DNA of 64,000 nt from assembly GCA_016188825.1 (NCBI GenBank), contig JACPHA010000006.1, forward strand, positions 10,300-74,299, read 5' to 3'. The stretch is from Candidatus Pacearchaeota archaeon. Lineage in GTDB: Archaea > Nanobdellota > Nanobdellia > Pacearchaeales > GW2011-AR1. Positions 50,302 to 59,699 of the stretch are shown here, piece by piece (position 1 is the first letter of the stretch; the number at the start of each line of letters is the position of its first letter). The position numbers and the translations under genes were made by a program. A model generated the notes under the pieces. It saw nothing but the letters and a program-made list of their open reading frames with translations, made no database searches and had not been told where the DNA came from.

Positions 50302-52506
50302 TCACCCTCCAAGTCCTCCCAACGCAACACTAGCCAACAAACTCAAAGCCAGAATTGAAGCCAATGCAGTTGCTAAATACAAAGCAATCCCGCGTTTCAA
50401 ATTTTTTGCCAGTTCATATTTTTCCTTCACAACGTCTTTCCCAGAATCAACAGTAACCAAGGCACTTGTCAAAATAAAAATCACTTCAATGATGTAAATT
50501 CCGATTGAAATCTGTATAAAATAGGGCGGAATCATTTGTGTAACGTCAAAAATAGAAGTTATACTCGCAAAACTTCCCAGGCCTACAACCTCTTCGCTCC
50601 CTCCAGCAACCTGCAATGCCTGCAATTTATTCAAGATAAAAGTAATCATCGCAGCCAAGCCTACAACAATCCCTGCCAATAACGGCGCAAGGAAAACCAT
50701 GTTTGACTTCATATCAGAAACAATCTCTGCGAGCAAATCTTTCAGTCTCTGATTTATCTTATCTATATTCTTAACATATTGCGAAATTGACATCAAAGAC
50801 CGAGCAGCAATCTGCAACCCCTTTCTAACAGATTCAACCAAAATCTTCATTGAAGTTGCAATCAAAGCAGAAGGGTAATAACTCATCGCCCCTCTTCTTT
50901 TGTCAAAAATAGCAGTTTCTAAAGACATCCCTCCCTGATTTATATTTTGATTAACCATCGCAAAAAAATCCCCGCTTTTCTGTCCTCGCGTAGATTCGGC
51001 AACTCTGCCAAAAGCAACCTCTGCTGGAATTCCATCTCCCAGCCTGTTCCCCAGCTGAAACAAAGAATTAGAAAACTCCTGCTCCAAAACTTTTGTGTCT
51101 TCCCTTGCCTTGATTAACTCTCTTGTTTTCCTTCCATACCCTATGAGAAAAAACAAGCCAAAAGACAAAGGTATAAACAAACTAAGAAAAATCCCAAATG
51201 TCCCAAACGGCCCCCTTATCTTTCCCCCAACATCTTTAAAATCAAAAAGTTTTGCATCACCTAAAAAATCCAATCCTAATTCCTGAAAAGTATAATCTTT
51301 ATTAAAGCCAAACATGTTAACAAAAAAATCCTGCTGGAATAAAAACGGCAAAATCCCCAAAATCAAAAACGGCAAAGCTATTAAGAAACCTGAAACCCAT
51401 GGTTTTCTTGATTTAAATTTTTCATAATTTGGATTATACCTTAAATTCTCAGTCTCTCCATACCCTCCAGGCCTTTTCAATAAAACTTCAGAAACCATGT
51501 AATAAACAAAAAACGGAACAATAACATTAAACAAAACAAAAACATGCGGCCAGCGAACTATGCCTTGCAACAATGTAGAAGCAAGGGGCAGCAAAGCCAA
51601 ACCAAGAGTTGGGAGAATAATTCCCAGCATGTAAAGATTTGTCAGCGGGCTTCTAATCTCTCTAGAATATTTCAGCATCTTTTCATAAACACCATCAAGA
51701 ATTACTTGTAATGCCCTTTCTAAAATTTCAGCCCTTCTACCCTCAACCGGCTCAAACAAACTTGACTCTATCAAATGAAAAGACTCCACAAATTCCGGCG
51801 CATAATCCCTCCAGCTTTCTAAATAACTCTCCAAAGATTGTTTTATCGTTGAAAATCTACCTATTTCAACATCATAAAATATTTTCTTAAAATCCAAAGC
51901 CAGCGGCCCTTCCAAATGCTGCGAAGCAAATTCAATCGCTTTCTCCAGGTTTGAAGTATGCTTCATATAAACAACAACATACAAAACAGCAGGCACCATC
52001 TGGCTTGAAGACTGGAGCCTCCATAAATTCGCTAATCTTTGAGGCATGCTGTAAGTGTAATAAAACACAAACATGCTTGCAATCAATCCAAGAAAAATAA
52101 AAAGCATGAAATTAGAAGTGTCTTCAGAACTCATTTCTGCAAAGCCGCCTGGGAAATAAACCAAAAAAGTTGCGGCGGCAAGTAAAATCGTAACAAAAAA
52201 AATCAAAAGCATTGACATAATCGCCAGAGTAACTGCCTGGCTCGCATTCACGTCGAGATGCGCAATATCAAGATATTTCTGCACCCTTGTCTTATCTTTT
52301 TCGGCAATTCTTATCTCAATAAAATTTCCCAATGACTTCGCCCATTTTTCATACCTGCTCAATTCAGGAATCTCCTCTTGCTTAAACCTAAAATACTCTT
52401 CAGAATAATCCTCTCCTGATTTTTCCGAACCAAGATTCAACTGCGATTCTAACTGCCTGCTGTATTTCTCCAAAATCTCTCCTGCCAAATCTCTCTGCTT
52501 AGCCAT
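50302..52506 (-). CDS. TadC/FlaJ (T2SS-F-like) membrane platform protein
   Basis: Two cytoplasmic domains (TSNLEKAIEFA, LGNRLGDGIPAEVA) with TM bundles; near the ATPase. Confidence 0.85.
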   Translation of the reverse strand: MAKQRDLAGEILEKYSRQLESQLNLGSEKSGEDYSEEYFRFKQEEIPELSRYEKWAKSLGNFIEIRIAEKDKTRVQKYLDIAHLDVNASQAVTLAIMSMLLIFFVTILLAAATFLVYFPGGFAEMSSEDTSNFMLFIFLGLIASMFVFYYTYSMPQRLANLWRLQSSSQMVPAVLYVVVYMKHTSNLEKAIEFASQHLEGPLALDFKKIFYDVEIGRFSTIKQSLESYLESWRDYAPEFVESFHLIESSLFEPVEGRRAEILERALQVILDGVYEKMLKYSREIRSPLTNLYMLGIILPTLGLALLPLASTLLQGIVRWPHVFVLFNVIVPFFVYYMVSEVLLKRPGGYGETENLRYNPNYEKFKSRKPWVSGFLIALPFLILGILPFLFQQDFFVNMFGFNKDYTFQELGLDFLGDAKLFDFKDVGGKIRGPFGTFGIFLSLFIPLSFGLFFLIGYGRKTRELIKAREDTKVLEQEFSNSLFQLGNRLGDGIPAEVAFGRVAESTRGQKSGDFFAMVNQNINQGGMSLETAIFDKRRGAMSYYPSALIATSMKILVESVRKGLQIAARSLMSISQYVKNIDKINQRLKDLLAEIVSDMKSNMVFLAPLLAGIVVGLAAMITFILNKLQALQVAGGSEEVVGLGSFASITSIFDVTQMIPPYFIQISIGIYIIEVIFILTSALVTVDSGKDVVKEKYELAKNLKRGIALYLATALASILALSLLASVALGGLGG

Positions 52507-52637
52507 CTTGCCTCTTTTAACTTCCTTAATTAAAAATCAAAGAAAACCAATGTTATAAATTATGCGTTTTTGTTGAGTAAAATTACCCTCTTAAGAATTC
52601 AAATTAGGAAGATTATTATAGATAATTCCCTTGGTTA

Positions 52638-53009
52638 TAGGAAATAACTTTAATAATCGTAACAGCTTTGTTATTTCCTAGATAGCAAATTGCTGAAAAA
52701 CATCCGAAAATTAAAGCAATTTGCTATAGAGGACTTTGAATAACCCCTGTTTCTTTGCTTTTTTCAAAGACTTCAACTTCCAAGTTGAATGTATCAAAGA
52801 ACTTGTTTTTTGAGTCCTTCTTAGAGGGTTTTGAAAGTTTTTAGGGTTTTTCAAAACCTTCTATTATCACTAGAATTCTGGAAAAATTTTATATCAATTA
52901 CCAGAATTCACGATAAATCACCGAACACTTTATTAATAAATCAAAAAGTCCTTGTGTGTGTTTGGACTTTTGGACACCAAGAATTCTGACAATTAAATTC
53001 TTGACATAA
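52638..53009. repeat. Composite array of hairpin modules, including type B copy 2 (52724-52864) and type C copy 2 (52939-53009)
   Basis: Head-to-tail TAG..CTA hairpins at 52638-52680, 52683-52726 and 52822-52863, plus GAATTCTGG..CCAGAATTC. Confidence 0.85.
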
Positions 53010-53118
53010 TAAATTTTTCTTTACGAGATAATTTTAAGATTAACTGTTTAATTTATAGTTTTTATCCTTAACCACTCTGCCACACTAAATTTTTATACTA
53101 ACAATTCTCTTTATTTCT

Positions 53119-53274
53119 ATGAAAAATAAAAGAGGCATAGTCCCTCAAGAATTGCTTTATGCAATTATTGCGGTTGCTGTTCTAATCTTTGGATTATTGG
53201 CATATAGCATAATAACAGGCAAAACTGAAAGCGCTCTAGATTTTTTTGAAAATTTATGGAGATTCGGCAGATGA
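53119..53274 (+). CDS. Mini pilin-like protein (51 aa), not in the ORF track
   Basis: MKNKRG/IVPQELLYAIIAVAVLIFGLLAYSII; ATGA overlap with the next gene. Confidence 0.8.
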   Translation: MKNKRGIVPQELLYAIIAVAVLIFGLLAYSIITGKTESALDFFENLWRFGR

Positions 53275-54092
53275 ACAAAAAAGCACAAGAAGATTCACGA
53301 ACCTCAATTTTCCCAATTCTCTTAGTGGTCTTCCTGTTAGCTGTTTTAATAATTTTTTTAGGAATAAAAGGAAGCGATATCCTCGATAGATTAAAAAATT
53401 TTATTCCCGGATTCCGCCCACAAAATGCAACAACAGAAAGCATTGAGATAATAAGATATGACATAGAAAATAACAATATGCAATATTATGACGGACTTTC
53501 TTGGCTTGATTTCCAGAATGAAATTTCCCTAGAAAATAAAAAGCTAAACCATAATTCTCTTATCGCAGATTTTTCTGATAATTATTATGGAAAAACGAGA
53601 CAAAAAGAAAGAGTGAGCATCTCTCAAGAAACTCTAAAAGAATTTTATAAAAATAACTATAATTCTCTGCCGGTTTTAGATGCATATATTTTCAATATGG
53701 TGCAATACACTTCTGACTCGCCAAAAGATTTCTCAAAAAGAGGAGACGTATATGCAATCCTAATTTCAAAAATTGGTTTCGGCAAAGACGATAACAAAAT
53801 ATACGGAGAATTAACTCTAAATGCAAACAACGAATTAAAAATCAGAACAATAAATAACGACCTTTCAAGTTTAATGCTCTATTTCAGCAGAATTCAACAA
53901 ACTTCAGAGCTCTACAAAGCAACAGTTCCGAAAATGGCAGAATGGCGCGACTCTGTCTTGAAAAAGCCAATTAAAATAAATTACAAAGAAAATGAACAGT
54001 CAACCTCAAATTATTTCTGCGCTGAAAAAAAAGATAATAAATTCCTGGTTGTTTACCTGGACAAACCAAAGTCACAGACTTCAACATGCTAA
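53271..54092 (+). CDS. Class III signal-peptide protein
   Basis: MNKKA/QEDS..IFPILLVVFLLAVLIIF. Confidence 0.85.
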   Translation: MNKKAQEDSRTSIFPILLVVFLLAVLIIFLGIKGSDILDRLKNFIPGFRPQNATTESIEIIRYDIENNNMQYYDGLSWLDFQNEISLENKKLNHNSLIADFSDNYYGKTRQKERVSISQETLKEFYKNNYNSLPVLDAYIFNMVQYTSDSPKDFSKRGDVYAILISKIGFGKDDNKIYGELTLNANNELKIRTINNDLSSLMLYFSRIQQTSELYKATVPKMAEWRDSVLKKPIKINYKENEQSTSNYFCAEKKDNKFLVVYLDKPKSQTSTC

Positions 54093-54217
54093 AAATAAAA
54101 AATAAAAAAGCCCTTATCGCAGATTCTCTTCTGGATAACATACTCTGGATAATCTTCTTTATCATCGCAGCATTAGGAATTGCGTTTATTGTCTATAAAA
54201 TAACAGGAACCGGTTAA
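54086..54217 (+). CDS. Mini pilin-like protein (43 aa), not in the ORF track
   Basis: MLKIKNKKA/LIADSLLDNILWIIFFIIAALGIAFIVYKITGTG. Confidence 0.75.
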   Translation: MLKIKNKKALIADSLLDNILWIIFFIIAALGIAFIVYKITGTG

Positions 54218-54246
54218 CGCAATCGTTATATGGTAATTGCGTTGAT

Positions 54247-54395
54247 TATAGCCAAGGACATTAATATTTCCTCGTTTTGCCTTTGACTACATCAAGATTA
54301 ATGGCTCTTTAATCTTGAGTGTGCTCAAGAACTATGTTCTTGACATCAAGGGAAAGACGCACACAATTGGTAAAAAACTTGCGTCTTTCACTATA
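54247..54395. repeat. Dispersed hairpin element, type A copy 2
   Basis: Matches 365-515. Confidence 0.85.
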
Positions 54396-54489
54396 GATTA
54401 TAATTTTTAGCAATTACCTATTAGAGATTTGCAACAAAATTGTGCTAATTAATGCAAATCTCTATAAAGATAAATTTCCTATTTTCTAA

Positions 54490-55533
54490 ATGCAAAAAAA
54501 TAAAAAAAGAGGAGCATCACCAGCAATGTGGTTTTTCATAATAACAACAATAACGTTAGTAATAGGATTTCTCGCTGTTCTTATTTTTCTCGGAAAAATT
54601 GATTTAGCAGGAAAAACAGAAGAAGAAATCTGCCGTCTTTCAGTTCTCTCAAGAGCAACAACACCAGAGTCTGCTCAAAGTTTAGTTCCCCTAAAATGCA
54701 CAACCGAAAAAATATGCCTCAGCACAACCGATGAGGATTGCTCTCAATTTCTGGGAGAAAAAAATGTAGAAAAAATAAAACTTCCGAGCGATGAAAAGCA
54801 GGCTGCAAAAAAAATTGAAGAAATTTCTGCAAATGCAATGTACGACTGCTGGAGCATTATGGGAAAGGGTAAGATTGACATATTCGGCACTAATGAAGGC
54901 TCTCTAACAAGCAATATTGTAGCAACCACTTTCTCAGTTTCTGAAATTCATCCCAAATGTGTAATTTGCTCCCGCATCGCTTTTGCAGAAGACCTAAAAA
55001 AAGAAAAAGAAATACTTGAAAAAATTAACTTGAAAGAATATTTAGAAAAAGAAAAAATACCTGGACAGTCAATTACCTACCTACAGGCTTTCACAGACTC
55101 TCAAATAAATGCTTTTCCTACAGAAATAGAGCAAAGTCTTGTCAAAGATGAACCAAAAACAACAGACCAGATGGCATTTGTTTTCATGCAAATAATTGCT
55201 TCGGATAAAACACCAATCGAGCAAGCAATACAAGCAGGCTCAAATACAGGAATTGCAATTGGTGGCTCGTTATTATTAAACCCTCTAGGAAAAATCATCT
55301 CGGTTGCTACTCTAAAAGTTACTGCTCCTCTTGCCATAACAGGTACGCTTCTCTCAGGAGGCTTGGCATACTACCAAGCAGAAAAAAATCAAGCAATAGC
55401 CGCAACCCATTGCGGAAAATTCACAAGCACTAAAACAGAAAGATACGGCTGTTCGCTCATAACTCCTCTTGACTATAATAACGTAACTATAATTAATGAT
55501 TTTTGTAATGGCGGAATAGAAAGTCTTCAATAA
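54490..55533 (+). CDS. Class III signal-peptide Cys-rich protein
   Basis: KKRG/ASPAMWFFIITT; CRLSV, PLKC, YDCW, CVICS. Confidence 0.85.
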   Translation: MQKNKKRGASPAMWFFIITTITLVIGFLAVLIFLGKIDLAGKTEEEICRLSVLSRATTPESAQSLVPLKCTTEKICLSTTDEDCSQFLGEKNVEKIKLPSDEKQAAKKIEEISANAMYDCWSIMGKGKIDIFGTNEGSLTSNIVATTFSVSEIHPKCVICSRIAFAEDLKKEKEILEKINLKEYLEKEKIPGQSITYLQAFTDSQINAFPTEIEQSLVKDEPKTTDQMAFVFMQIIASDKTPIEQAIQAGSNTGIAIGGSLLLNPLGKIISVATLKVTAPLAITGTLLSGGLAYYQAEKNQAIAATHCGKFTSTKTERYGCSLITPLDYNNVTIINDFCNGGIESLQ

Positions 55534-55546
55534 TTCAAAAAACAAA

Positions 55547-56188
55547 ATGAAATCAAAAAAAGCAAACTTGTCCAATCTAGTAGGAGCAATTATTGCAATA
55601 GTGGGTTTATCCTTGTTTTTCTTCGTGGCTATCCCTCGGTTGTATGGCACAATAACTTCAGACAAAGAAACGGAAAGCGCAAAATCTCTTGCTAACGTCG
55701 TGGAAGCAAAAATCAAAGCCTTTTTAGAATCAGATTTCACCGCCGCAAACATAACAGTTCAAGGCTTCAACGAAAACTGGTATCTGGCCGGCTGGGGAAA
55801 AAACGACCTTGATAGACCAGAAAAATGTTACTTCGATTCCTGCATTTGCATATGTAAATCAGAATCTCCCTCAAACACTCTAAAAGATTCTTGCCAAAAA
55901 AACGGTATTTGCAGAAAAATAGAAATAGAAAAAATTTCAATTGAAGAGCCTTTCTTATTAGAAAAAAAAGGGCAGGGTTCTGGCCAATTAGGAGAAGGGC
56001 AAATAGAATACTACTCAGAATGCTACGGAAAGTCCATTGACCTTTTTCCACAATTAATTGAAATAGAACTATCAAAAAAACAAGATAAATTTATAATAAG
56101 ATATCTATCAGAAGCTTACAAACAAAAAAAACAAGAAATCGAAACAGAAAGAAAATATGAAATAAAAAAAGGAGAAGGTTGCTTTTAA
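55547..56188 (+). CDS. Class III signal-peptide protein
   Basis: SKKA/NLSNLVGAIIAIVG; CYFDSCICIC. Confidence 0.85.
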   Translation: MKSKKANLSNLVGAIIAIVGLSLFFFVAIPRLYGTITSDKETESAKSLANVVEAKIKAFLESDFTAANITVQGFNENWYLAGWGKNDLDRPEKCYFDSCICICKSESPSNTLKDSCQKNGICRKIEIEKISIEEPFLLEKKGQGSGQLGEGQIEYYSECYGKSIDLFPQLIEIELSKKQDKFIIRYLSEAYKQKKQEIETERKYEIKKGEGCF

Positions 56189-56199
56189 TTAAATAAAAA

Positions 56200-56613
56200 A
56201 TGCCCAATAAAAAAGCCCAGTCAACTAGCGAATTATTAATGGACAACGCAATTTACCTCATCTTGTTAGTCTTGTTTCTCTCCACAATGCTCTTTTTTAT
56301 CTGGGACCAAATGAACGGTGCTTCTCTCTGGGCAGAATACTATTCAAAAGAAATTTCAAAAGTAATTAATCTTGCCAAAGCAGGCGACGTAATCACCCTT
56401 GATGTCCAAAAAGCAACAGCGATAGCAAAATCAAATGACATAAAAAGTTTCAGCGAAATATTTGTTTTCGACAATATAAACAACGAACTATGCGTTAAAT
56501 TATCCATTGGCAGAAAAACCTGCTATAGTTATTTCAACAACGTTGATATTATTGAACCAGAAATAAATTATGGACCTCCAAATACTTTAACATTCAAAAT
56601 AATAGAAAAATAA
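56200..56613 (+). CDS. Pilin-like protein
   Basis: NKKA/QSTSELLMDNAIYLILLVLF. Confidence 0.85.
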   Translation: MPNKKAQSTSELLMDNAIYLILLVLFLSTMLFFIWDQMNGASLWAEYYSKEISKVINLAKAGDVITLDVQKATAIAKSNDIKSFSEIFVFDNINNELCVKLSIGRKTCYSYFNNVDIIEPEINYGPPNTLTFKIIEK

Positions 56614-56635
56614 AAACTGCCTTCGCAAAATTAAC

Positions 56636-57118
56636 ATGGAAATAGAAAACAAAAAAGCCCAATTAGGAAGCCAAATGATGATTTTTGCATTCATCTTTCT
56701 CTTGCTCATTGCAGGAATAGGAATTGTCACAGGAATTTACATCTTCTTCAGCTCAGAATATGACTTCAGACAAATTGACGCTGAAATATTAAATTACGGG
56801 GTAAATTCCTGCCTGCAAAAAAAAGAAATTAACTTTAATGTTCCTCCGCAAGAACTGGAAAATGAAATCCTAAAAAAATGCGCTCTTCACAAAACAGTCA
56901 CAGATAATTATTTTCTAATATCAATTAAAAATGAGGCAGATAATAAAATTCTCTTAAAATTAGGAAAGGGAGATGAAACCCGGTGCGGCCTAGCAGAAAA
57001 AAATACTCAATTTCCAAAATGCACAAATTCAACAGTGACATTAAAAATTAATAATAATCAACAAACTTTACTCATTCTCACAGGCTCAAATCAAAATTCA
57101 AGGGAAAATTTAGTATGA
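56636..57118 (+). CDS. Pilin-like protein
   Basis: NKKA/QLGSQMMIFAFIFLLL. Confidence 0.85.
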   Translation: MEIENKKAQLGSQMMIFAFIFLLLIAGIGIVTGIYIFFSSEYDFRQIDAEILNYGVNSCLQKKEINFNVPPQELENEILKKCALHKTVTDNYFLISIKNEADNKILLKLGKGDETRCGLAEKNTQFPKCTNSTVTLKINNNQQTLLILTGSNQNSRENLV

Positions 57119-57666
57119 TGAAAAACAAAAAAGCACAATTAGGAAAAATAATTGCAACATTCCCTGTATTAATATTAATAGTTATAATCATGGCTATTTT
57201 TATAATTCTTTCTATGTTTATTGCCGCTTTACACAAACCAGAATCACAAAAAGCATTCCTTTCCCTCCAACCTCAAGAAAATAACTTGATGCTTAAAGAA
57301 ATAAATATAAAATTTCCTGACAATTCAGATAAACAAATGCTTGTTCTAGAAGCATTTATTCTATATAAAAACGATGAAATAAAAAAAGATGCTCTAGACA
57401 AATCTCTACAAGAGTTAATTCAAGAAAAAAATTATTGCATCATATTAACTAGTGAAAATGTTAATGACGCTTTTCTAATAAAACTAAATGCGGACGGAAC
57501 CTTTTATTCAAATAACGCAAAATCCTCTGGCTCTGCTTTTGCCACAAATATTCCTATAGAAGTACCAAGATACAAAGATGCTAGTCTTTTATCCAAAATA
57601 TCTATAAAAAACAAAAAAAATGAAATGAATGAAATTCGGCACTACTACGGAAAATGCTCAACATGA
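57115..57666 (+). CDS. Pilin-like protein
   Basis: NKKA/QLGKIIATFPVLILIV. Confidence 0.85.
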   Translation: MMKNKKAQLGKIIATFPVLILIVIIMAIFIILSMFIAALHKPESQKAFLSLQPQENNLMLKEINIKFPDNSDKQMLVLEAFILYKNDEIKKDALDKSLQELIQEKNYCIILTSENVNDAFLIKLNADGTFYSNNAKSSGSAFATNIPIEVPRYKDASLLSKISIKNKKNEMNEIRHYYGKCST

Positions 57667-58157
57667 ACAAAAAATCCCAGGTTCCAACTTTATTGATATT
57701 TGTCATAGCCCTGATTCTCTCTGGCGTAGCCCTCTTTGCGATGGTTTCTTTTAATAATAGACTAAATAGACTAGATTCCAGTTCTTCCACATTTTCCGAA
57801 TTGCATAGCGAAATAGAGTTCAACCAGCAATATGTTACAGAGCAAGCAAAATTAATTACAGAAGAAACTATCTCTACTTGTCCTGATTGTTCTTCAAGCA
57901 ATTTAAAAACAAAATTCAAAGAAATCTCTGCAGAAAAAGAATCTCTGTATCGTTACGAGGGCTCTGGAAACTTTTATGGCAAAATTAGAAATTCAGAATT
58001 TGAAATAACTTCAACAGAAAAAAATTCCTATCAATTAATAATAAACAATCTTTTCGTGCAATCTAAAAAAGATTCGGGTAAAATTATACGAAATTTCGCG
58101 CTCTGCCTTGAATTTAACTATCAAGGTAATTTCATAAAATCCTGCCAAGAAAACTGA
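57654..58157 (+). CDS. Pilin-like protein
   Basis: NKKS/QVPTLLIFVIALIL. Confidence 0.8.
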   Translation: MLNMNKKSQVPTLLIFVIALILSGVALFAMVSFNNRLNRLDSSSSTFSELHSEIEFNQQYVTEQAKLITEETISTCPDCSSSNLKTKFKEISAEKESLYRYEGSGNFYGKIRNSEFEITSTEKNSYQLIINNLFVQSKKDSGKIIRNFALCLEFNYQGNFIKSCQEN

Positions 58158-58190
58158 AACATTTATAAATAATATTTATTTCCTATAAAC

Positions 58191-58631
58191 ATGAAAAAGA
58201 GGTTAATCGAATTTAACAAAAAAGCCCAGGATTTGTCAATCGGCACATTAATCTTAATTGTTCTAGGTGTTATTGTCCTTGTCTTATTAATTCTCGGCTT
58301 TTCTCTCGGCTGGTCTAATCTATGGGAAAAAATAAATATTTTCGGCGGCTCATCGTCAATAGGCGATGTTGTTACTGCCTGCAAAATCGCAGTCACAAGT
58401 CAAGACAAATATTCCTACTGCCAAGATTTCAAAAGAATAAAAGTAGACGGTAAAACAGAATATGTAAGCTGTGAAGACCAAAGAGTCGCGACAAGTATAG
58501 ATACAAAAATAACATGTGATAAACCAACAGACTATAATACCTGGGCCGGTTATTATTGCAACAAAGTTCTAAGTGCCGACGAAAGATCTAAAGCAAAAGT
58601 AAATAATGCCCAGTGTGCTGCAACAAGTTAA
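58191..58631 (+). CDS. Pilin-like protein (candidate major pilin)
   Basis: NKKA/QDLSIGTLILIVLGVIVLVLLILGF; Cys pairs; TATA-like TTTATAAA upstream. Confidence 0.88.
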   Translation: MKKRLIEFNKKAQDLSIGTLILIVLGVIVLVLLILGFSLGWSNLWEKINIFGGSSSIGDVVTACKIAVTSQDKYSYCQDFKRIKVDGKTEYVSCEDQRVATSIDTKITCDKPTDYNTWAGYYCNKVLSADERSKAKVNNAQCAATS

Positions 58632-58640
58632 TAAACAAAA

Positions 58641-58853
58641 ATGACAATAAGAGTATTCGCAAGTCAATTCAGCCAGAGAACAGCGCATTCTGACGAACGG
58701 GATGCAGAGTACATCAGAAGAGCCCTACACTCCCCAGAACCAGAAGAAACTCGTCCTTTAACAAGCCTGACCATTGCAGAAATATACAAGCAAAAATATG
58801 CTGATAGAAGATATCGTGATTCCGAAAGCCAATATCGCTCAGCAAATTCTTAA
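58641..58853 (+). CDS. Hypothetical protein
   Basis: Fills the gap between two pilin genes with tight spacing. Confidence 0.5.
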   Translation: MTIRVFASQFSQRTAHSDERDAEYIRRALHSPEPEETRPLTSLTIAEIYKQKYADRRYRDSESQYRSANS

Positions 58854-58855
58854 AG

Positions 58856-59170
58856 ATGAATCGCAAAGCATTCGAACTCGCAATCTCAACACTTATATTA
58901 ATTATTTTGGGAGTTCTAGTATTAATTGCCCTCACTATAGTTCTAACTGGTGGCTTGGAAAGATTCAAATCCTCAACAAAACCATTTCTCGACACAGCTC
59001 AATCAAGCTCAATAAAACAAGCCTGCTCTCTTGCATGTGACTCTCAAGACAGAATAATTTACTGCTGTAACGAATATTCTGTTGATTCCCAAAAAATAAA
59101 ATGCTCTGATTCAAGATTAGAATTGTCATGTGAATTAAACTGCCAAGGCTTCAATTGCGAAGCACAATAA
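58856..59170 (+). CDS. Pilin-like protein, paralog of 58191-58631
   Basis: NRKA/FELAISTLILIILGVLVLIAL; ACSLAC..YCC. Confidence 0.85.
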   Translation: MNRKAFELAISTLILIILGVLVLIALTIVLTGGLERFKSSTKPFLDTAQSSSIKQACSLACDSQDRIIYCCNEYSVDSQKIKCSDSRLELSCELNCQGFNCEAQ

Positions 59171-59175
59171 ATAAA

Positions 59176-59298
59176 ATGAAACTCTATTCAGGAGAAAGAA
59201 GAAGAACAAAGCGCGACAAAAAAGCTAAAATGCGTTACAAAATTTACAGAAAGGGCGGAGCTCACAGAACTTTCAAATTCGCGAAAAGAGAAAATTAG
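59176..59298 (+). CDS. Small highly basic peptide (40 aa), not in the ORF track
   Basis: MKLYSGERRRTKRDKKAKMRYKIYRKGGAHRTFKFAKREN; starts 5 nt after the pilin stop. Confidence 0.45.
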   Translation: MKLYSGERRRTKRDKKAKMRYKIYRKGGAHRTFKFAKREN

Positions 59299-59699
59299 TC
59301 TATAACACTAATTCCCTCAACTTTCCTAAAATCTTCGTCAAAAGTTGCAATATTCTTTATTCCTTCTTTTTTCATTATAGCTATAATTGAACAGTCAGTA
59401 AAGCTGAATTTTGTGCTTTTTTGTTCCTTAAAAATTTTCCATGTTCTTTGGAATATTTCTTCATCTACTTTGTATATTCTGATAAATTGCATTATCTCCT
59501 CTCCAGCATCTATGGCTAATGAAAGTTTTTTCCCCTTAGCAAAAAGAATAGTTACCACCTCATCAAAAATATAATCCGAAATCGTTAGGCTTCCATATTC
59601 GCCGATTGTTATCTCTTTCATTAAATGAACTGCCCTATCGTGATTTTCATCGTTCTCTAACTTCAACGAGATAAGATAGCTACTGTCTAAAAATATCAT
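59295..59699 (-). CDS. vapC: PIN-domain (VapC) toxin
   Basis: IFLDSS, IFDEVVT, SFTDCS, IATFDEDF. Confidence 0.93.
   Translation of the reverse strand: MIFLDSSYLISLKLENDENHDRAVHLMKEITIGEYGSLTISDYIFDEVVTILFAKGKKLSLAIDAGEEIMQFIRIYKVDEEIFQRTWKIFKEQKSTKFSFTDCSIIAIMKKEGIKNIATFDEDFRKVEGISVID

Noticed and set aside
47529..52506. Archaellum operon
   Set aside because: No archaellin, FlaH, FlaF or FlaG recognisable; the architecture fits a pilus.
52638..53009. CRISPR array or integron attC cassette array
   Set aside because: No constant repeat with unique spacers, no consistent RYYYAAC/GTTRRRY boxes, no cassette ORFs and no integrase seen.
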